Source: the human T2T-CHM13v2.0 reference genome, Homo sapiens
Strand: one strand, 5' to 3'
Length of the DNA stretch: 64,000 bases
Assembly: GCF_009914755.1 (NCBI RefSeq)
Contig: NC_060948.1
Shown: positions 56,432 through 64,000 of the stretch, piece after piece
Layout of the letters: every line of letters starts with the position of its first letter
Position numbering within the stretch: position 1 is the first letter of the stretch
Notes under the pieces: model-generated
The model's input: the letters and a program-made list of their open reading frames with translations, nothing else
What the model was told of the DNA's origin: nothing
The model's database searches: none
Position numbers and translations under genes: made by a program

Positions 56432-59400
56432 GTAATCCAATGGAATAGAATCTAATGCAATAAAATCGACTCAGATAGAGTAGAATGTAATGGAATGGAG
56501 TGCAGTGCAATGGAATGGAATGGAATGGAATGGAATGGAATGGGATGGAATGGTATGGAATGGATAGTAATGGACTGGAGTGAAATGGACTGGAAAGGAA
56601 TGGACTCAAATTGAAAGGGCTCGAAAGGAATGGAGTCAAATGGAATGGTCTGGAATGGAATGAACACGAATGTAATGCAATCCAATAGAATGGAATCGAA
56701 TGGCATGGAATATAAAGAAATGGAATCGAAGAGAATGGAAACAAATGGAATGGAATTGAATGGAATGGAATTGAATGGAATGGGAACGAATGGTGTGAAA
56801 TTGTATGCAGTAGAAGGGAATAGAATAGAATGCAAGCGAAAGGAAAGAATGGATTGGAATGGAATGGAATTCATTGGAATGGAAGGGAATGTAGTGTAAT
56901 GGACAGGCCTGGAATAAAGTGGAATGCTACGGTCTCGAATGGAATAAAAATGTATGGAATGGAATGCAATGAAACGGAATCGAATGTCATAGAATGTAAT
57001 GGAATGCAAAAAAATGGAATCCAAAATCATTGACTGGAAAGGCTGGGTGTCGAAAGGAATTGACTCCAATGGAATGGAATCGAATGGAATGGAAGTGAAT
57101 AGAATCGAACTAAATCGAATGGAATGGAATTGATAGGAACGGAATGGAAAGGAATGCAATGATTTGGCATGGAATGGAATCGAATGGCATCGAATGGAAT
57201 GGAATGGAATGCAATGGAATGGAATGTATTAGAATGTAATGAACATTAATGGAATGTACTCGAATGGATTCGACTGGAATGGAATGTTCTGGAAGTGAAT
57301 GGACTCCAATGGAATGGATTCGAAAGGAATGGAATCGAACAGAATGGAATCTAATGGAATGGAATTAAATGGAAATGAATCAAATTGAATAGCACGGAAT
57401 TGAATTGAATTGAATGGAATCGAATGCAATGGAATCTAATGAAACGGAAAGGAAAGGAATGGAATGGAATGGAATGGGCTGGAATGGAAAGGAATCGAAA
57501 CGAATGGAATGGAATCGAACTGAAGAGACTGGAATGGAATGCACTGGAATGGAAGGGAGTTTAATGGAAGGTTCTCGAAAATAATGGAAGCAAATGGAAT
57601 GGAATTGAATGGAACGGAATAGAGTCGAATGGAATTGAATGGAATGGAATGGACTAGAGTGAAATGGAATCGAACCACAAGGAATGGACAGGAATAGAAT
57701 GGTCTCGAATTGAATGGAATCGTATGGAATGGCATCAAACGGAATGGAATGGACAGCCACGGAATGGAATGCACTCGAATGCAATGGAGAAGAAACTTAT
57801 GGACTGGAATAGAATGGACTCCACTGGTACGGACTCCAATGGAATGGAATCGAATGGAAGGGATTCGAACGGAATGGACTCGAAGGGAAAAGACTGCAAT
57901 GGAAAGGTCTCGAATGGAATGGAAATTAATGGAATGGAATGGAATCGAATGAAATGGAGTCAAAAGGAATGGAATCGAATGGCAAGAAATCGAATGTAAT
58001 GGAATCGCAAGGAATTGATGTGAACGGAACGGAATGGAATGGAATCCAAAGGAATGGAATAGAATGGAATGGAATCGAATGGAAAGGACTCGAATGGAAA
58101 TCACTCGAATGGAATGAAATTTAATAAAATAGGATCAAATGTAATTGAATGGAATGGAAAGGAATCGAAACGAAAGGAATGGAGACAGATGGAATGGAAT
58201 GGAACAGAGAGAAATGGTATAGAATGGAATGGAATCATCTGGAATGGAATTGAATGGAATGGAATAATATGAAATGGAATGGAATGGAATAGAATGGAAT
58301 GCCCTTGAATTAAATGGACTGGAATGGAATGGACTCGAACAGAGTGGAATGGAAAGTGTTGAGATAGAATGGAATGGACTCTTTTAGAATGGTCTAGTAT
58401 GCAATGCAATCGACTGGCAGGGAATCAAAAGGAATGTAATCGAATGGATTGGACTGGAATGCAATGGACTCGAATAGATTGGAAACGGAATGCAAAGGAA
58501 TGGAATGGAATAGTATGGAATGGAATGGAAAGGAATGGAGTGGAATAGACTAGAGTGGAATGGAATGGACTGGAAAGCAATGGACTGGAATGGAACTTTC
58601 TTGAATGGACTGGAATCAAACGGAATGGAATGCAATGCAATCAAATGGCATGGAATAAAATAGAATGAAAGAGAATCAAATGGAATTGAATCGAATGGAA
58701 TCGAATGGATTGGAAAGGAATAGAATGGAATGGAATGGAATTGACTCAAATGGAATGGACTAGAATGGAATGGATTCGAATGGAAGGCAAAGGAATGGAA
58801 TCTATTGGAATGGACAGTAATGGAATGGAATGGAAGGGATTGGAATGGACTCGAATGGAATGGACTGCAATAGAAAGGATTCGAATGGAATGAAAAAGAG
58901 TTGAATGGAATAGAACAGAATGGAATCAAATCGAATGAAATGGAATGGAATAGAAAGGAATGGAATGAAATGGAATGGAAAGGATTCGAATGGAATGCAA
59001 TCGAATGGAATGGAATCGAACGGAATGGAATAAAATGGAAGAAAACTGGCAAGAAATGGAATCGAAATGAATGGAGTGTTATGGAACGGACTCAAAAGGA
59101 ATTGAATGTAATAGAATGGAGTGGAGTGGACTCGAATATAATGAACTTGAATGGAATGAAATCACATGGAATGGGAACGAATGGAATGGAATGGAAAGGA
59201 ATGGAATCGAATGGAAAGGAATCGAATGGAAGGGAATGAAATTGAATCAACAGGAATGGAAGGGAATAGAATAGACGGTAATGGAATGGACTCGAATAGA
59301 ATGGACACGAATGCTCAAATTGAATGGACTCGAATGGAATGGAAACAAAAGGAATGTCATCGAATGGAATTGAATCGATTGGAATGAAATCGCATAGAAT

Positions 59401-59964
59401 GGAGTGGAATCAAATGGAATTGAATCGAAAGGAAAGGAAGCGAATGGACTGAAATGAAATGGAATGGAATTGAATGGAAAGTAATGCAATGGAATAGAAT
59501 GGAACGAAATTTCACGGAATGGAATCAAACTGAATGGAATCAAATCAATGGAATCAAATCAAATGGAATGGAAAGGAATTGAATGGAGTAGATTGGATTG
59601 GATGGGATTGGAATGAAATGTACTGGAAAGGACTCGAATTTCATGAAACGGAATGGAATGAATTGGAACGGAATGGACTCGAATGGAATGGAATGTCATG
59701 GAATGGCATCAAATGGAATGGCATCAAATGGAATGGAATCGAATGCAATGGAATGCTATGGAATGGAATGGAATGCATTGGAATGGAATGTCCTCTAATG
59801 GAATGGATTCGAGTGGAATGGAATCGAATATAATGGAGTCGAATGAAAAGGAATTGAAAGGAATGGGATCGAATACAATGGAATATACTGGAATGTAATG
59901 TAATGAACTCAAATGTAATTGACTGGAATGGAATGTACATGAATGGAATGTAATCGAATGGAAA
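56432..59964 (+). repeat. DYZ1 unit 17 (distal subfamily, 3533 bp)
   Basis: Anchors at 56432 and 59965; shortened pure tract lacking the internal GCAAT. Confidence 0.9.
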
Positions 59965-62900
59965 GTAATCCAATGGAATAGAATCTAATGCAATAAAATC
60001 GACTCAGATAGAGTAAAATGTAATGGAATGGAGTGCAGTGCAATGGAATTGAATGGAATGGAATGCAATGGAATGGAATGGAATGGAATGGAATGGAATG
60101 GAATGGAATGGAATGGGATGGAATGGTATGGAATGGATAGTAATGGACTGGAATGAAATGGACTGGAAAAGAATGGACTCAAATTGAAAGGGCTCGAAAG
60201 GAATGGAGTCAAATGGAATGGTCTGGAATGGAATGAACACGAATGTAATGCAATCCAATAGAATGGAATCGAATGGCATGGAATATAAAGAAATGGAATC
60301 GAAGAGAATGGAAACAAATGGAATGGAATTGAATGGAATGAAATTGAATGGAATGGGAACGAATGGAGTGAAATTGTATGCAGTAGAAGAGAATAGAATG
60401 GAATGCAAGCGAAAGGAAAGGAATGGATTGCAATGGAATGGAATTCATTGGAATGGAAGGGAATGTAGTGTAATGGACAGGCCTGGAATAAAGTGGAATG
60501 CTACGGTCTCGAATGGAATAAAAATGTATGGAATGGAATGCAATGAAACGGAATCGAATGTCATAGAATGTAATGGAATGCAAAAAAATGGAATCCAAAA
60601 TCATTGACTGGAAAGGCTGGGTGTCGAAAGGAATTGACTCCAATGGAATGGAATCGAATGGAATGGAAGTGAATAGAATCGAACTAAATCGAATGGAATG
60701 GAATTGATAGGAACGGAATGGAAAGGAATGCAATGATTTGGCATGGAATGGAATCGAAAGGCATCGAATGGAATGGAATGGAATGCAATGGAATGGAATG
60801 TATTAGAATGTAATGAACATTAATGGAATGTACTCGAATGGATTCGACTGGAATGGAATGTTCTGGAAGTGAATGGACTCCAATGGAATGGATTCGAAAG
60901 GAATGGAATCGAACGGAATGGAATCTAATGGAATGGAATTAAATGGAAATGAATCAAATTGAATAGCACGGAATTGAATTGAATGGAATCGAATGCAATG
61001 GAATCTAATGAAACGGAAAGGAAAGGAATGGAATGGAATGGAATGGGCTGGAATGGAAAGGAATCGAAACGAATGGAATGGAATCGAACTGAAGAGACTG
61101 GAATGGAATGCACTGGAATGGAAGGGAGTGTAATGGAAGGTTCTCGAAAATAATGGAAGCAAATGGAATGGAATTGAATGGAACGGAATAGAGTCGAATG
61201 GAATTGAATGGAATGGAATGGACTAGAGTGAAATGGAATCGAACCACAAGGAATGGACAGGAATAGAATGGTCTCGAATTGAATGGAATCGTATGGAATG
61301 GCATCAAACGGAATGGAATGGACAGCCACGGAATGGAATGCACTCGAATGCAATGGAGTCGAAACTTATGGACTGGAATAGAATGGACTCGACTGGTACG
61401 GACACCAATGGAATGGAATCGAATGGAAGGGATTCGAACGGAATGGACTCGAAGGGAAAAGACTGCAATGGAAAGGTCTCGAATGGAATGGAAATTAATG
61501 GAATGGAATGGAATCGAATGAAATGGAGTCAAAAGGAATGGAATCGAATGGCAAGAAATCGAATGTAATGGAATCGCAAGGAATTGATGTGAACGGAACG
61601 GAATGGAATGGAATCCAAAGGAATGGAATAGAATGGAATGGAATCGAATGGAAAGGACTCGAATGGAAATCACTCGAAGAGAATGCAATTTAATAAAATA
61701 GGATCAAATGTAATTGAATGGAATGGAAAGGAATCGAAACGAAAGGAATGGAGACAGATGGAATGGAATGGAACAGGGAGCAATGGTATAGAATGGAATG
61801 GAATCATCTGGAATGGAATTGAATGGAATGGAATAATATGAAATGGAATGGAATGGAATGGAATGGAATGCCCTTGAATTAAATGGACTGGAATGGAATG
61901 GACTCGAACAGAGTGGAATGGAAAGTGTTGAGATAGAATGGAATGGACTCTTTTGGAATGGTCTAGTATGCAATGCAATCGACTGGCAGGGAATCAAAAG
62001 GAATGTAATCGAATGGATTAGACTGGAATGCAATGGACTCGAATAGATTGGAAACGGAATGCAAAGGAATGGAATGGAATAGTATGGAATGGAATGGAAA
62101 GGAATGGAGTGGAATAGACTAGAGTGGAATGGAATGGACTGGAAAGCAATGGACTGGAATGGAACTTTCTTGAATGGACTGGAATCAAACGGAATGGAAT
62201 GCAATGCAATCAAATGGCATGGAATAAAATAGAATGAAAGAGAATCAAATGGAATTGAATCGAATGGAATCGAATGGATTGGAAAGGAATAGAATGGAAT
62301 GGAATGGAATTGACTCAAATGGAATGGACTAGAATGGAATGGATTCGAATGGAAGGCAAAGGAATGGAATCTATTGGAATGGACTGTAATGGAATGGAAT
62401 GGAAGGGATTGGAATGGACTCGAATGGAATGGACTGCAATAGAAAGGATTCGAATGGAATGAAAAAGAGTTGAATGGAATAGAACAGAATGGAATCAAAT
62501 CGAATGAAATGGAATGGAATAGAAAGGAATGGAATGAAATGGAATGGAAAGGATTCGAATGGAATGCAATCGAATGGAATGGAATCGAACGGAATGGAAT
62601 AAAATGGAAGAAAACTGGCAAGAAATGGAATCGAAATGAATGGAGTGTTATGGAACGGACTCAAAAGGAATTGAATGTAATAGAATGGAGTGGAGTGGAC
62701 TCGAATATAATGGACTGGAATGGAATGAAATCACATGGAATGGGAACGAATGGAATGGAATGGAAAGGAATGGAATCGAATGGAAAGGAATCGAATGGAA
62801 GGGAATGAAATTGAATCAACAGGAATGGAAGGGAATAGAATAGACGGTAATGGAATGGACTCGAATAGAATGGACACGAATGCTCAAATTGAATGGACTC

Positions 62901-63532
62901 GAATGGAATGGAAACGAAGGAATGTCATCGAATGGAATTGAATCGATTGGAATGAAATCGCATAGAATGGAGTGGAATCAAATGGAATTGAATCGAAAGG
63001 AAAGGAAGCGAATGGACTGAAATGAAATGGAATGGAATTGAATGGAAAGTAATGCAATGGAATAGAATGGAACGAAATTTCACGGAATGGAATCAAACTG
63101 AATGGAATCAAATCAATGGAATCAAATCAAATGGAATGGAAAGGAATTGAATGGAGTAGATTGGATTGGATGGGATTGGAATGAAATGTACTGGAAAGGA
63201 CTCGAATTTCATGAAACGGAATGGAATGAATTGGAACGGAATGGACTCAAATGGAATGGAATGTCATGGAATGGCATCAAGTGGAATGGCATCAAATGGA
63301 ATGGAATCGAATGCAATGGAATGCTATCGAATGGAATGGAATGCATTGGAATGGAATGTCCTCTAATGGAATGGATTCGAGTGGAATGGAATCGAATATA
63401 ATGGAGTCGAATGAAAAGGAATTGAAAGGAATGGGATCGAATACAATGGAATATACTGGAATGTAATGTAATGAACTCGAATGTAATTGACTGGAATGGA
63501 ATGTACATGAATGGAATGTAATCGAATGGAAA
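59965..63532 (+). repeat. DYZ1 unit 18 (distal subfamily, 3568 bp)
   Basis: Anchors at 59965 and 63533; shares a private variant set with unit 17. Confidence 0.9.
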
Positions 63533-64000
63533 GTAATCCAAAGGAATAGAATCTAATGCAATAAAATCGACTCAGATAGAGTAGAATGTAATGGAATGGA
63601 GGGCAGTGCAATGGAATGGAATGGAATGGAATGCAATGGAATGGAATGGAATGGAATGGAATGGAATGGAATGGAATGGGATGGAATGGTATGGAATGGA
63701 TAGTAATGGACTGGAATGAAATGGACTGGAAAAGAATGGACTCAAATTGAAAGGGCTCGAAAGGAATGGAGTCAAATGGAATGGTCTGGAATGGAATGAA
63801 CACGAATGTAATGCAATCCAATAGAATGGAATCGAATGGCATGGAATATAAAGAAATGGAATCGAAGAGAATGGAAACAAATGGAATGGAATTGAATGGA
63901 ATGGAATTGAATGGAATGGGAACGAATGGAGTGAAATTGTATGCAGTAGAAGAGAATAGAATGGAATGCAAGCGAAAGGAAAGGAATGGATTGCAATGGA
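63533..64000 (+). repeat. DYZ1 unit 19 (partial, runs off the window)
   Basis: Anchor at 63533; shares CTGGAATGAAAT, GGAAAAGAAT and GGATTGCAAT with unit 18. Confidence 0.9.

Larger units (their letters stand above)
1..64000 (+). repeat. DYZ1: Human satellite 3 (HSat3) array, DYZ1-type ~3.56 kb tandem repeat (Yq12 heterochromatin); GGAAT strand on +
   Basis: Continuous diverged (GGAAT)n. Landmarks recur every ~3.55-3.57 kb. One GAATTC (462-467) and one AGGCCT (500-505) per unit match the classical 3.4-3.6 kb EcoRI/HaeIII DYZ1 fragment. 365-387 (TTGAATGGAATGGGAACGAATGG) and 496-518 (reverse complement TCCACTTTATTCCAGGCCTGTCC) match, from my recollection, the classical DYZ1 sexing primers. Confidence 0.95.

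Noticed and set aside
9420-62925. Isolated 1-bp deletions at ~9427, ~56847 and ~62918 as a mutational hotspot class
   Set aside because: All are singletons in short A/G homopolymers and cannot be told apart from long-read consensus error without the reads.
21-63996. Hundreds of 60-306 aa ORFs on both strands (MEWNG- and IPFHS-rich), e.g. 40887-41804 and 54619-55539
   Set aside because: A GGAAT/ATTCC pentamer has no stop codon in any frame and translates to a 5-aa repeat. The ORFs overlap in all frames, recur per unit, fuse or split with 5-bp indels, and show no recognisable domain.
1-64000. CRISPR-like or repeat-spacer array interpretation
   Set aside because: There are no unique spacers; the intervening sequence is itself degenerate pentamer and is the same from unit to unit. 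No cas-like genes are present.
1-64000. DYZ2/HSat1B blocks, Alu or L1 insertions, or inversion breakpoints known from Yq12
   Set aside because: None seen: GGAAT polarity and the unit landmarks are continuous through the window.
1-64000. Annotating an ncRNA gene (SatIII or testis DYZ1 transcripts)
   Set aside because: Such transcripts are reported for the family, but no start, end or specific transcribed copy can be assigned from the sequence alone.

Overview
The whole 64 kb window is one uninterrupted, single-orientation block of human satellite 3: diverged (GGAAT)n pentamers organised into a ~3.56 kb tandem unit. Each unit carries one EcoRI site and one HaeIII/StuI site, which is the signature of the DYZ1 repeat of Yq12 heterochromatin. 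There are 18 complete units plus a partial 19th, starting at 1, 3569, 7117, 10674, 14237, 17805, 21353, 24911, 28459, 32017, 35580, 39143, 42717, 46251, 49350, 52914, 56432, 59965 and 63533. I see no genes, transposons or inversions; every listed ORF is an artefact of the stop-poor pentamer (MEWNG / IPFHS). The informative structure lies in the variants. (1) Each unit has three perfect in-register heat shock elements (nGAAnnTTCnnGAAn); two are invariant and one is repeatedly broken. (2) A 14,236 bp four-unit higher-order repeat is followed by a 7,106 bp duplication with a mappable chimeric junction unit, and then a near-perfect 3,563 bp duplication. (3) A switch near 40 kb separates a homogeneous subfamily from a more diverged one. 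(4) One unit has a 440 bp in-phase deletion. (5) A hypervariable pure (GGAAT)n tract barcodes the units. I found no evidence for a new coding system. All comparisons were made by eye, not by computed alignment.
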